Positions 42,780 through 59,159 of a stretch of DNA of 64,000 nucleotides are shown here, piece after piece (the stretch's first letter is position 1; the number at the start of each line of letters is the position of its first letter). Source of the stretch: Eledone cirrhosa (taxonomy: Eukaryota). The notes beneath the pieces are model-generated. The model saw only the letters and a program-made list of their open reading frames with translations. It was not told the origin of the DNA and did no database searches. The stretch covers positions 128,588,001-128,652,000 of the forward strand of contig OZ024741.1 of NCBI GenBank assembly GCA_964016885.1, in the 5' to 3' direction. A program made the translations under genes and the position numbers.

Positions 42780-44470
42780 GCACATACACATACATACACT
42801 GACATACACATACATACACTGACATACACATACATACACATACATACACTGACATACACATACATACACATACATACACTGACATACACATACATACACA
42901 TACATACACTGACATACACATACATACACATACATACACTGACATACACTGACATACACATACATACACATACACACACTGACATACACATACATACACA
43001 TACATACACTGACATACACTGACATACACATACATACACATACATACACTGACATACACATACATACACATACATACACTGACATACACATATACACTGA
43101 CATACACATACATACACTGACATACACTGACATACACATACATACACCGACATACACATACATACACCGACATATACATATACACTGACATACACATACA
43201 TACACTGACATACACATACATACACTGACATACACATATACACTGACATACACATATACACTGACATACACATACATACACTGACATACACATACATACA
43301 CTGACATACACATACATACACTGACATACACATATACACTGACATACACATACATACACTGACATACACATACATACACCGACATACACATACATACACT
43401 GACATACACTGACATACACATACACTGACATACACATACATACACTGACATACACATATACACTGACATACACATACATACACTGACATACACATACATA
43501 CACTGACATACACATACATACACTGACATACACATACATACACTGACATACACATACATACACCGACATACACATACATACACCGACATACACATACATA
43601 CACCGACATATACATATACACTGACATACACATACATACACTGACATACACATACATACACTGACATACACATATACACTGACATACACATATACACTGA
43701 CATACACATACATACACTGACATACACATACATACACTGACATACACATACATACACTGACATACACATATACACTGACATACACATACATACACTGACA
43801 TACACATACATACACCGACATACACATACATACACTGACATACACTGACATACACATACACTGACATACACATACATACACTGACATACACATATACACT
43901 GACATACACATACATACACTGACATACACATACATACACTGACATACACATACATACACTGACATACACATACATACACTGACATACACATACATACACC
44001 GACATACACATACATACACTGACATGCACATACATACACCGACATACACATACATACACTGACATACACATACATACACCGACATACACATACATACACT
44101 CACATACACATACATACACCAACATACACATACATACACATATATACACTGACATACACATACACTGACATACACATACATACACTGACATACACATACA
44201 CTGACATACACATACATACACTGACATACACATACACTGACATACACATACATACACCGACATACACATACATACACATACATACACTGACATACACATA
44301 CATACACTGACATACACATACATACACTGACATACACATACATATACATACACTGACATACACATACATACACATACATACACTGACATACATATACATA
44401 CACTGACATACACATACATACACATACATACACTGACATACACACACATACACACATACACCGACATACA
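42780..44470. repeat. 20-bp minisatellite GACATACACATACATACACT with shorter variants
   Basis: Directly visible. Confidence 0.95.
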
Positions 44471-45359
44471 CTCAGATACACACACACATGTACTCACATA
44501 CACATACACACATACACTCACATACATGCACATACACATATACCCACATACCCACACAGACCCACACATACACACACATACACCCATACACACAGACACA
44601 CACATGCACACATACACCTACATACATTCACATATACACTCACATACCCACACGTTTATTCACGCACAACACACAAACACTCACATACACACACATACAC
44701 TCACTATATCCACACAAACACACACATACACTCACATACCCACATATCCACGCATACACCAACATACATCGACATACACACACATATACCCACATACACT
44801 CACAGATACCACACATACTCACACATACATTCACACACACATACACACACATACACCACATACACTCACACATTCATCACATACCCACACATACACCAAC
44901 ATACACACACATACACCACATACACTCACACATTCCACACATACCCACACATACACCAACATACACACACATACACCACGTACGCTCACACATACCACAC
45001 ATACACACACATACATCACATACACTCACACATACCACACATACCCACACATACACCAACATACACACACATACACCACATACACTCACACGTACCACAC
45101 ATACCACACATACCCACACATACACTCACATACACACACATACACTCACATACACACACATGCACTCCCACATACCACACATACATACACACATACATTC
45201 AAACATAAACATATGCATTCACACACAAACATACACACATACATATACATTCCCACATACACATATATACACTCACACACACACTTACACACACACATAT
45301 ACATAGACACGCAGAACTAGAGAATATATTATTTGATTGTTTGTTCAGAATCCGTAACA

Positions 45360-45361
45360 GT

Positions 45362-45395
<34 letters not shown>

Positions 45396-48215
45396 GTAAG
45401 AGCTACAGCAACCTTAACTACAACAACAACAGTAGTAACAGCTACATTAACAGCAACAGCTACAGCAATAACAACAACAAAAATAGCAACAGCTATAATA
45501 ACAGTAACTACAACTACAACAGTAACAACAACAATAGCAACAGCTACAACAGCACTAACTACAACTACAATAGTAACAACAACAATAGCAACAGCTACAA
45601 CAACAGTAACTATAACAACAACAATAATAACAACAATAGCAACAGCTACAACAACAATAACTATAACAACAATAATAACAACAATAATAACAACAACAAT
45701 AGCAACAGCTACAACAACAGTAACTACAACAACAACAATAATAACAACAATAGCAACAGCTACAACAATAACTATAACAACAACAATAATAACAACAATA
45801 GCAACAGCTACAACAACAATAACTATAACAACAACAATAACAACAACAATAGCAACAGCTACAACAACAATAACTATAACAACAACAATAATAACAACAA
45901 TAGCAACAGCTACAACAACAATAACTATAACAACAACAATAATAACAACAATAGCAACAGCTACAACAACAATAACTATAATAACAACAATAGCAACAGC
46001 TACAACAACAATAACTATAACAACAACAACAATAATAACAACAATAGCAACAGCTACAACAACAATAACTATAACAACAACAACAATAATAACAACAATA
46101 GCAACAGCTACAACAACAATAACTATAACAACAACAATAATAACAATAGCAACAGCTACAACAACAATAACTATAACAACAACAACAATAATAACAACAA
46201 TAGCAACAGCTACAACAACAATAACTATAACAACAACAATAACAACAACAATAGCAACAGCTACAACAACAATAACTATAACAACAACAATAATAACAAC
46301 AATAGCAACAGCTACAACAACAATAACTATAACAACAACAATAATAACAACAATAGCAACAGCTACAACAACAATAACTATAACAACAACAATAATAACA
46401 ACAACAATAGCAACAGCTACAACAACAGTAACTACAACAACAACAATAATAACAACAATAGCAACAGCTACAACAACAATAACTATAACAACAACAATAA
46501 TAACAACAACAATAGCAACAGCTACAACAACAATAACTATAACAACAACAATAATAACAACAATAGCAACAGCTACAACAACAATAACTATAACAACAAC
46601 AATAATAACAACAACAATAGCAACAGCTACAACAACAATAACTATAACAACAACAATAATAACAACAACAATAGCAACAGCTACAACAACAATAACTATA
46701 ACAACAACAATAATAACAACAATAGCAACAGCTACAACAACAGTAACTACAACAACAACAATAATAACAACAATAGCAACAGCTACAACAACAATAACTA
46801 TAACAACAACAATAACAACAACAATAGCAACAGCTACAACAACAATAACTATAACAACAACAATAATAACAACAACAATAGCAACAGCTACAACAACAAT
46901 AACTATAACAACAACAATAATAACAACAACAATAGCAACAGCTACAACAACAATAACTATAACAACAACAATAATAACAACAATAGCAACAGCTACAACA
47001 ACAGTAACTACAACAACAACAATAATAACAACAATAGCAACAGCTACAACAACAATAACTATAACAACAACAATAATAACAACAATTGCAACAGCTACAA
47101 CAACAATAACTATAACAACAACAACAATAACAACAACAATAGCAACAGCTACAACAACAGTAACTACAACAACAACAATAATAACAACAATAGCAACAGC
47201 TACAACAACAATAACTATAACAACAACAATAACAACAACAATAGCAACAGCTACAACAACAATAACTATAACAATAACAATAACAACAACAATAGCAACA
47301 GCTACAACAACAATAACTATAACAACAACAATAATAACAACAATTGCAACAGCTACAACAACAATAACTATAACAACAACAATAATAACAACAATAGCAA
47401 CAGCTACAACAACAATAACTATAACAACAACAATAATAACAACAATAGCAACAGCTACAACAACAATAACTATAACAACAACAATAATAACAACAACAAT
47501 AGCAACAGCTACAACAACAATAACTATAACAACAACAATAATAACAACAATAGCAACAGCTACAACAACAATAACTATAACAACAACAATAATAACAACA
47601 ATTGCAACAGCTACAACAACAATAACTATAACAACAACAACAATAACAACAACAATAGCAACAGCTACAACAACAGTAACTACAACAACAACAATAATAA
47701 CAACAATAGCAACAGCTACAACAACAATAACTATAACAACAACAATAACAACAACAATAGCAACAGCTACAACAACAATAACTATAACAATAACAATAAC
47801 AACAACAATAGCAACAGCTACAACAACAATAACTATAACAACAACAATAATAACAACAATTGCAACAGCTACAACAACAATAACTATAACAACAACAATA
47901 ATAACAACAATAGCAACAGCTACAACAACAATAACTATAACAACAACAATAATAACAACAATAGCAACAGCTACAACAGTAACTACAACAACAACAACAA
48001 TAGCAACAGCTACAACAACAACAACAACAATAACAACAACAATAGCAACAGCTACAACAACAGCAACTACAACAACAACAATAATAACAACAACAATAGC
48101 AACAGCTACAACAACAGCAACTACAACAACAATAATAACAACAACAATAGCAACAGCTACAACAACAGCAACTACAACAACAATAGCAACAGCTACAACA
48201 ACAGTAACAACAAGA
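45360..48215. repeat. 51/54-bp minisatellite built from AAC/AAT/AGC triplets
   Basis: Unit ATAGCAACAGCTACAACAACAATAACTATAACAACAACAATAATAACAACA. Confidence 0.95.
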
Positions 48216-48531
48216 GTAACACGACGAAGACGACGGTAAAAACGGTGGTGGTAGTGGTGGTAGTGGTAGTAGTGGTGGTAGTGGTAGTAGTGGTAATGGT
48301 AGTGGTGGTGGTAGTGGTAGTAGTTGTGGTAGTGCCACTGGTGGTGGTAGTGATGGTGCTGACTGTAGTAGTGATGGTGGTGGTGGTAGCTGTGGTGGTT
48401 TTCTTAGTGGTAGTTGTTGTGGTAGTGGTTGTGTTATTGGTTGTAGTGGTAATGGCGATAGCATTAGCAGTAGTAGTAGTAGCAGCAGCAGCAGCAGCAG
48501 TAGCAGTAGCAGTAGTAGTAGTAGCAGTAGC

Positions 48532-48579
<48 letters not shown>

Positions 48580-48675
48580 TAGAGGTGGTTGTGAGAATAA
48601 GGTCAGTTATTAGGTGAAAGGTTAGTGTTGTCAGTGTGACACAATAAATAAGAGGGGTATGTTTATTGTCCCACC

Positions 48676-50430
<1,755 letters not shown>

Positions 50431-50631
50431 TCAGTGTCAAATTATGAAATCTACACCAACCAACATGATTTATTCAACATATATTATTAACTTGTATAGA
50501 AACAATTTGACGATGTAGACGTTGCGATCTCACGCTTTTGTAACCCGCATATTTTTTACTGTATTGAAAGAACGTTGATAGGGCGTAGCAATCTACCCAT
50601 CTCTAGAAGTCTTTCTTCTCACATTGTGTGC

Positions 50632-50665
<34 letters not shown>

Positions 50666-50745
50666 CGAAGGAGTTGTGGTAAGGAACCAGATGGACAATA
50701 AAGCACCAGAGTACTCAATACTTAGGGTAGTAGAGTGGGTAATAG

Positions 50746-50950
<205 letters not shown>

Positions 50951-50970
50951 AGAAGTTTTTCCTCTGACAT

Positions 50971-51007
<37 letters not shown>

Positions 51008-51046
51008 TTACTAAGCTTCCACATATATATACAAGTGGAAGCTTAG

Positions 51047-51089
<43 letters not shown>

Positions 51090-51106
51090 GGACACAATGT
51101 GAGAGG

Positions 51107-51183
<77 letters not shown>

Positions 51184-51187
<4 letters not shown>

Positions 51188-51899
51188 GAATGATCGAGAA
51201 TCGGAATATCGGCCCACGAAATCACGATAAACAATATCCGACATGTGGCAGAGGGCTCAATAGTTTGGATAAACCAGAGCTATAACTATCGTTAAAATAC
51301 CAACACACAGAGATCATGCCTAAAATCACCCGTGCAGCCGAAAAAGAACGACCAGGAAGATTCGGGTCACTCAAATAAAATATCAATAAATTAATAAATT
51401 AAATGAATGTAAAAAAAACTCACCCGGACCCGCTAGAAGGATGTTAAATTCTAGCTTTTGGGGTTTCTGCAATTCCTTAATCAAATCACTATCAGCCCAC
51501 ATAAAAAATATATATGACTTCTAGTGAGGAGACGAACGAGGAAGAGCTTCTTCAACGAGTTTCCGTTCAAAAATACGGAGGGACCCACAGCCAAAAACGC
51601 ACATGGTATTCAGCAAGGGAGGGAACCCCTATATTAGCGAAAGAATTCGGTGATGTGTAATTTATGTAAAAATACAAAGGATCACATATCGAATCAGAGT
51701 GCTCAACAGACGTGTTAAAACAAACAAGAGCTATTCATCAGTCAATAAGATCAACAAAAAAATCAATAAAATTAACTGGTCAATAGCTAAAGACTGGAGC
51801 TAAATACAGTAGAATGATCGAGAATCAGAATATCGGCCCACGAAATCACGATAAACAATATCCGACATGTGTGACAGAGGGCTCAATAGTTTGGATAAA
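51184..51899. mobile_element. ~715-bp element with ~90-bp terminal direct repeats, embedded in (TA)n
   Basis: 51184-51273 matches 51808-51899 with about three differences; no ORF. Confidence 0.7.
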
Positions 51900-52224
51900 T
51901 ATATATATATATATATAAAATTGTTAAACAATATTCAATGATTATGTCAAAGAATGAGTTTTACAGTAGATGAGGACGTACTGTTGTACATCCGAAATAT
52001 GTATAATAAAATGTAATTGATCAAAAGAACATCTATTTTATTAATACTTATATTTTAATATATATATATATGTAGAAGTTATATTTAATTTGTTGGGATA
52101 CAACAAGCAAATATTTTTAGACCAATAATAAAATTAGTAACCCCACTATCCGGCAGCTTCCAACCGACATGGTCGCATTCTTTAAGGGTATGTCAATATT
52201 TGTTTATAAAACTAATCTATATTA

Positions 52225-52289
52225 TATTTTATCTGATGAAAGCGCACCATAATTTGCTTTGGTGTCCTTGAAATATGTATAATGAAATA
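52225..52289 (+). ncRNA. Minimal type-I hammerhead ribozyme
   Basis: Near-identical to 31952-32016; differences are confined to stem/loop II. Confidence 0.78.
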
Positions 52290-52394
52290 AATATGGTTTT
52301 ATAAATATAGTTTCCATTTGTTAATATATTGTATATATATATATATATATATACAATATTAAATAAATGGAAACTATATTTATAAAACCATATT

Positions 52395-52460
52395 TATTTC
52401 ATTATATATATTTCAGGGATATCATATTAACAATATGCTATGCCTTCCTCAGACAAAATA
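52395..52460 (-). ncRNA. Minimal type-I hammerhead ribozyme (left IR arm)
   Basis: Reverse complement of 53630-53695. Confidence 0.75.
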
Positions 52461-52796
52461 CAATATAAACAGTTTTATAGATAAATAGATTCGACATACC
52501 GTAACAACATCGACTTGCATTTGAAGAGTGAAAAAATTTGGCAGTGAAAAAATTGTACACAGAGAGAAGGAAAGAGAGAAAAAAGAAAGAAAGACAGAAA
52601 ACGAAGAAAAGGAAGAAAAAGAAGAAATGCATGGAACAAAATAGAGAGATGGAAAGATAGATAAAGAGAAGAACTTCATGTAAAGAAACAGAAAGAGATA
52701 TATATATAGAGAGAGAGAGGAAATAGAGATAGATACATATATATATAGAAAATTAGGTAGTGGGAGGTCTGTTGAGTAAATGTATCAATGATACAT

Positions 52797-52827
<31 letters not shown>

Positions 52828-53629
52828 GCTCTAGTATTAATGTAAGGGAGATATATATATAGAGAAAAAAAATATAGAGAGAGAGTAAAGACAGGAATAA
52901 TAATACACATATATGTATACTCAAATTTTTATACCACATTGAGAATGTTTTCCGTGAACTTAGGGTTTGCAGAATTGATCATGTAGATTCACATGGATGT
53001 TTGTAGCTATCACATAAACATATGAATTTTTTTTAAAAACTAAACATAAGATCATTAATTTTCACACACTATGGATACTTGTCTCATTCAGGAATACTGA
53101 TATTTACAATATAGTGGATGTTTTATAAATACTAATACCTCTACATTAAAACATAGGGTTTTTACGCCTCGCATATATCTGGTTATTTTTTAATTTTTTC
53201 TCTCGCTATATTTTTTCTCTCTCTATATTTTTTTCTCTCTATATATATCTCCCTTACATTAAAACTAGAGCTAAATAAATAAATAAATAAATAAATGTAT
53301 CATTGATACATTTACTCAACAGACCTCCCACTACCTAATTTTCTATATATATATGTATCTATCTCTATTTCCTCTCTCTCTATATATATATATATATCTT
53401 TCTGTTTCTTTACATGAAGTTCTTCTCTTTATCTATCTTTCCATCTCTCTATTTTGTTCCATGCATTTCTTCTTTTTCTTCCTTTTCTTCGTTTTCTGTC
53501 TTTCTTTCTTTTTTCTCTCTTTCCTTCTCTCTGTGTACAATTTTTTCACTGCCAAATCAACCTCTTCAAATGCAAGTCGATGTTGTTACGGTATGTCGAA
53601 TCTATTTATCTATAAAACTGTTTATATTG

Positions 53630-53695
53630 TATTTTGTCTGAGGAAGGCATAGCATATTGTTAATATGATATCCCTGAAATATATATAATGAAATA
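53630..53695 (+). ncRNA. Minimal type-I hammerhead ribozyme (right IR arm)
   Basis: tattttgt-CTGAGGA-aggcatagcatatt-gtt-aatatgatatccct-GAAA-tatata-TA-atgaaata. Confidence 0.75.
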
Positions 53696-53823
53696 AATAT
53701 GGTTTTATAAATATAGTTTCCATTTATTTAATATTGTAAATATACTCCAAATATTTGTCGAGTGCTTTTATATCAGTTATAAATATTTACTAGTTGTAAC
53801 CCAACAATTTTAAATATAACTTT

Positions 53824-53910
<87 letters not shown>

Positions 53911-53914
53911 AAAT

Positions 53915-54102
53915 AATTGTTTCTATTTTTTGGCACAAGGCCAGCAAATACTCACTACATTACTGGTACTTTATTTTATCGACCCCGTAAGGATGAAAGG
54001 CAAAGTTAACCTCGGCGGGATTTGAACTCAGATCATAAAGGGACGTAACTCAATGTTTCAAAGCATGGTGTCCGCCTCTCTACCAATACTGCCAATCCAC
54101 CG
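53915..54102 (-). mobile_element. SINE family A copy
   Basis: Close match to 27505-27690. Confidence 0.88.
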
Positions 54103-54151
54103 CGAAGCCTAAAATCCGAAGAGGGCTCGATAAGGATTATATATATATAAG

Positions 54152-54229
54152 AAGATCCCGTTATTGGTGAAAGCCGCGATTCTTTGCTTAAACTTTAATC
54201 TGTTATTTTGATATATATATATATACCGG

Positions 54230-54303
<74 letters not shown>

Positions 54304-54357
54304 AAATAACAGATTAAAGTTTAAGCAAAGAATCGCGGCTTTCACCAATAACGGGAT

Positions 54358-54360
<3 letters not shown>
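54152..54360. repeat. Perfect 60-bp inverted repeat around (TA)n
   Basis: 54152-54211 is the exact reverse complement of 54301-54360. Confidence 0.95.
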
Positions 54361-54436
<76 letters not shown>

Positions 54437-54629
54437 TTTCTGAAACTTAGCAGCAGTATTAATATTTAAAGTCAGAATATATAGTAATAGAAAGGAAGAT
54501 GGTGATCGTCAGATCGAACCAAGGAAACAGTGGTTCCAGTGGTATTTCATTGCTGATGTTCAGTTTGTTGCAATTTTGGGGAGAAGCAGCATCATGAAAT
54601 ACAGTATTTTACTCAAGAGCTCCCCACAA

Positions 54630-54700
54630 CGCCTTGTCCCGGAATCGATTCGAACCCGCTACCTTATGATCGTTAGTCCAACACTTTAACCACAAGGCTA
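54630..54700 (-). mobile_element. tRNA-like SINE head or tRNA pseudogene
   Basis: Minus strand tagccttgtggttaa (A box) .. gggttcgaatc (B box); no convincing acceptor stem. Confidence 0.55.
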
Positions 54701-55445
54701 CTTTACTAAACCTTGCGAGACACACTATATAGGAGCTATCCGATTTTTCCCATCTACTTCCCTATTAATATCAACTACACTAACAACAACAACAACAACA
54801 CTAACAACAACGTTAGCAACTACCACACTGACAACAACAACCTCACTAACAACACCAAAAACAACCACACTAACAACAGCACTAAAAACATCAACAATAA
54901 CAACAACAGCACTAAAAGCAACAACAGCACTAAAAACATTAACAAGAACAACAACAGCACTAAAAACAACAACAACAACAACCACACTAACAACAGCACT
55001 AAAAACAAGAATAACAACAACAAAACTAAAAACAACAACAGCCACACTAACAACAACATTAACAACAACAACACTAACAACAATAAACAATTATCACGCT
55101 ATCACTCCCTCTACCCGGTTCCTTCCTAGTTTTATTACCTTTCTTGAACAGCGAGCATATTGAAACACTTATAAAATCACTGATCCATGAGAACATCATG
55201 TGTAAGAGACATCCACACTACCACACCACACCACCACCGCCACTACCAACACCACCACCACCACTAACAACAACACCACCACCACCACTACCACCACCAT
55301 TACCACCATCACAATTACCCCACCAACCTCACCCCCAACATCACCACCACCACTACCACCACCACTACCACTACCAACAACACCACCACCACCACCGCAA
55401 ACACCACCACCACCAATACCACAACAACCAACAACCACACCACCC

Positions 55446-55505
<60 letters not shown>

Positions 55506-56447
55506 ATACTACTACTACTGTTCAATCAGTTGACCTGGCGTTTAAACACCAACTAAATCTTTCCAAATTCTTGCATATTTTTCAACACTAATTGAAATGC
55601 TGGGTCCCATATACGCCTTCATTTTGTAATTAATAGCCCCCCCCCCCCCTCTCCCCAAATACGTTAATGTGTTTCTAGAAAATTCTGTCGAAGCAAAATT
55701 AATAAATTTCCGCCAATAAAATCGAATGTAACTGCAACAACACTTTGTGGTCGCTCGACCTGCTAGAAAAAGCAGTGCCACGTCCCTCTAATCGTACTTA
55801 CCGTGCTTACATCATGCATACATGTATATATATATGCAAACGTGTTATCATTCATGCATGTATATATGTATGCATGTATATATATATATATATATATGTG
55901 TAAGCGTGTCTACATGCATGCATGTACTGTATATATGTATACATGTATATATGTATACATGAATACATGAATACATGCATGGCTATCTAGTTGATGATAT
56001 CTGAATTTCAATGAAAGAGCCTTATTTCAGCTTTGAAAACCGGCTATTATCGAGGATCTTTTAAAATATACACTAAAGACCAAACATACAAACATACATG
56101 TTGGCTGCGTCTTCATTTCGAGAATTGCTATCGTTTCATCACCCACTGTGCGTAGTACGTGAAAAGAGCCTTTTTTTCCGGCTACTGCTAATCGTGCTCA
56201 GGCAACACATGGAAGATGTTGTGCTGTTAGGGGGATGTTATCGATAACCTTTGTGTTTCTCTAAATTTCAATTCGTAGTTCGAACGGGCAAAAGTAACAA
56301 CTGTCAAGCATACCTTATAAATATAGTCGTTGTGCACTGTGTACAGGTTTAACATAACTTCTATCACAATGCAATTGTAACCTAAGCAAACATGAAAGAA
56401 CAGCCGAACTCCCACTGTCATCGCCTTCATCTCTCTGGCCCTCCCCA

Positions 56448-56785
56448 TCACTCCGTATGGTGAGCAAATGGGGTCCCACGTGCTGACCTCACCACAGCCC
56501 TGGCGGACAGAATGGAGAAACCGTTTCCCCGGAGGATGGTAAGGGAGATGCGCTGGAAGAGCCATTCCAACTCGCGAGGCTCACACCTGCAGCTAGCCAG
56601 CTCAGCGCCTATGGTGGTGAGTAGGGAGGTAGCCCTAGGGCCAAGGACACAGGAAGTCTCCACTGCCAAGGGTATGACTGCAAACCTGTCGGAGAGCGAC
56701 CGGTACTTGGAGAGTTTGGCCTCCTCAGCCCGACGTGCAGCAGAACCTGGGTTAGTCGCAGACTGCACCAGGTCGCGGCTGGAGA
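56448..56785 (-). mobile_element. CRE-clade non-LTR retrotransposon, C-terminal RLE fragment
   Basis: AARRAEEAKLSKY..IPLAVET..LGP..EPRELEWLFQRISLTILRGNGFSIL matches the characteristic CRE C-terminus (K..KY, P.AVET.G, QRIS...RGN). Confidence 0.75.
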
Positions 56786-56789
56786 AGTT

Positions 56790-57500
56790 TTAAGCTTTTT
56801 GTAAGTGAAGAAAGACTTTGCACTGGACAAATCCCACTCTGCGAACAACGGTGACATGGATCCAAAGAGAAGATCAGGTCAACGTCATTGGCTGCCATCG
56901 ACTCGCAGAGTTTGCATCAAAGTTTTCTTAGAATAATGCTGAGATTTGTAATGCTGAGTGAGTCCACAGGCTGACATACACACTTTGTTACACACCTTGC
57001 AAGGAAAATCAACCTGGATACCATATTGGTTGACGGTGGTGTTTCTATACCGTTTGTGGCTGATTAGGCCTGCCTTGGAGAAAAGCTAACTCAGCTGCAT
57101 TCAGATTCTTTCGTTCCCTTTCTCAGAGAGGAGGTTAACGTCTTCCACCTCAATATTTGCAGCTCAACTGTTCTAGAATTCTGTAGCACCAGTTTCAATC
57201 GGTTTCTTCCATTCCGCCCAATGTATCAGTACCGTTATTGAACTTTTGTGTCTTTTAGGTAGTCCTTATACAGTTTGCGCGGCCAGGACTTGGGTACTTT
57301 TAGGTCTTTTAGGCATTCCTTATACCGTTTTCGCTGCCTGCACTATGGTTGTTTACCCTGCATAATTCCACCATACAGAGTTTATATGGTGTGCAGATGT
57401 CTTCTAAGTGGACCAGGAGATCAGACAATCTAAGGTGATGTCTCATTATCATAGACTTCATACTCGTCATATTGCCCAGCTGCAGTACTTTCCTATCAAG
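56790..57500 (-). mobile_element. Heavily decayed LINE RT fragment (RTE-like)
   Basis: Minus strand DLIFSL..REW....FFTYKK resembles RT D.IF.L..CRE...FIDY.KA; otherwise degraded. Confidence 0.35.
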
Positions 57501-58326
57501 CACATTAGATCGCCATGAAATTTCTAGCATACACACATGCATACATAAACCATACATAATTGCACGCACACACGCACAAATACATACATACATAAACACG
57601 CATATATACATGCATACATACATACATACATATGCATGAACTTAAAGCCTACATGGATACGCACAACCACACACACACACGCACTCACATACATACACAC
57701 ACAAAAAAACATTTATGTATGTATATATTGATGAAGGGTCAATAAGCCGTGAAACGTTTACAGACAATATCTTTCTTGTGTTTTTCTGCGTACAAAAGGA
57801 ATACGATAATGTTTGCCACGTTTCTTCAATTTTCTATTAGGTATTTTGTTGTCCATAAATATTCATTATCTATGTATGTATGCATTCATGTATGTATGTA
57901 TGTTTGTATGTATGTATGATTCATTGTATGTATGTATATTTCTTTGTGTGTATATATGCATGCATGTATATAGATATGTTTGTATGTGTGTATATATGCA
58001 TGTATATATGTATGTATGTATATATGTATTTGTATGTATGTATTAGATATGTTTGTATGTGTGCATATATGCATGTATATATATGTATGTATATATATGT
58101 ATTTGTATGCATGCATATATGTATATGTCTATATGTATGTATATATGTATATGCATGCATGTATGTATATATGTATGTATACATATATGTATGTATATAT
58201 GTATATGTATCTATGTATGTGTGTATGTGTATATGTATGTATGTGTATATGTATCTATGTGTGTATGTATGTTATCTCTGATAATAAATCACTGGATTTA
58301 TCTAGTTCTGTTTCGATCTTTTTTAG

Positions 58327-58455
58327 CAGCAAGAGAGACGATCCATCATTCCTCATCGGCTCTTCGCCCCACCAGTCATATGATGTTTGACACGTTGAAT
58401 AGATGGCGTGACAACGACATATTGTCCAAAGAATTTCGTAGAGAAACTGACTTTA
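58327..58455 (+). CDS. Candidate internal coding exon of an unknown host gene
   Basis: Pyrimidine tract ttcgatcttttttAG, 129 bp (a multiple of 3), donor GTAAGC. Only the phase-1 frame is open: ARETIHHSSSALRPTSHMMFDTLNRWRDNDILSKEFRRETDF. No homology recognised. Confidence 0.4.
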
Positions 58456-58580
58456 GTAAGCTATATTTTTTGCTTCTTTTATAATTATCTCCCTTTTTTA
58501 ATTTCACCTTTTTTTGCGGATTATTTATTTATTCATTTATATATTTTATTGTTCATTTGCATTTAATTATTACATTTAAC

Positions 58581-58720
58581 AGGCGGCTAATTGGCAGAGT
58601 CGTTATGACGTCGGATATAATGCGTTACGGTATTTGTTCCGACCTCTCTACACTCTTTGAGTTCAAATCCTGCCGAGGTCAACTTTGCCTTTCATACTTT
58701 TGAGGTTGATAAAAAAGTAC
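58581..58720 (+). mobile_element. SINE family A copy (5' part)
   Basis: ggcggctaattggcagagtcgtta..gagttcaaatcctgccgaggtcaactttgcctttcat. Confidence 0.8.
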
Positions 58721-59159
58721 CCGACCAATCCAATATTGGGATCTGTTCTTGTTGTTGTTCTTCTTCTTCTTCTTTTTCTTCTTCTTCTTCTTCTTCTTCT
58801 TCTTCTTCTTCTTCTTCTTCTTCTTCTTCTTCATCTTCTTCTCTCTCTCTCGCTCTCACACACTCACACACATTTTCTATTCTTCTCTGGAAGAAATCTC
58901 TTGTGTTCAGACCTGGAGAGTAGATTGGCTCCGCCAGGCTCAAAATGCCCAAGAAACGCCGTATACCACCATGGCGTCCAACCGACTCCACTAGGAATTA
59001 CGGGACTATACTATACCATACCATTACATTTAACATTTTTTGCCAAACTAATATTATTTGTGAATGAATGCGCTATGTTTTTAATGAATGAATGTGCTAT
59101 ATTTTTACAAATAAATCAATTTCATTTTAAAATATTCAAAGTGAAGTGATAGCTTTTTA

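Larger units (their letters stand above)
52352..53738. repeat. ~530-bp inverted repeat (52352-52885 / 53217-53738), PLE pseudo-LTR-like
   Basis: The arms give near-identical translations on opposite strands in the ORF track (52438-52679 minus vs 53414-53652 plus). Confidence 0.92.

Noticed and set aside
41728-42822. Poly-His ORF, and the Gly/Pro-rich ORFs at 61552-63069
   Set aside because: Pure trinucleotide-derived repeats open in several frames, with no signal peptide or splice evidence.
54105-54185. Hammerhead-like ccgaaga..gaaagccgc next to the 60-bp inverted repeat
   Set aside because: The core is mutated and interrupted by (TA)n; stems cannot be assigned confidently.
54630-54700. Functional tRNA gene
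   Set aside because: A and B boxes are present but there is no complete cloverleaf; better explained as a SINE head.
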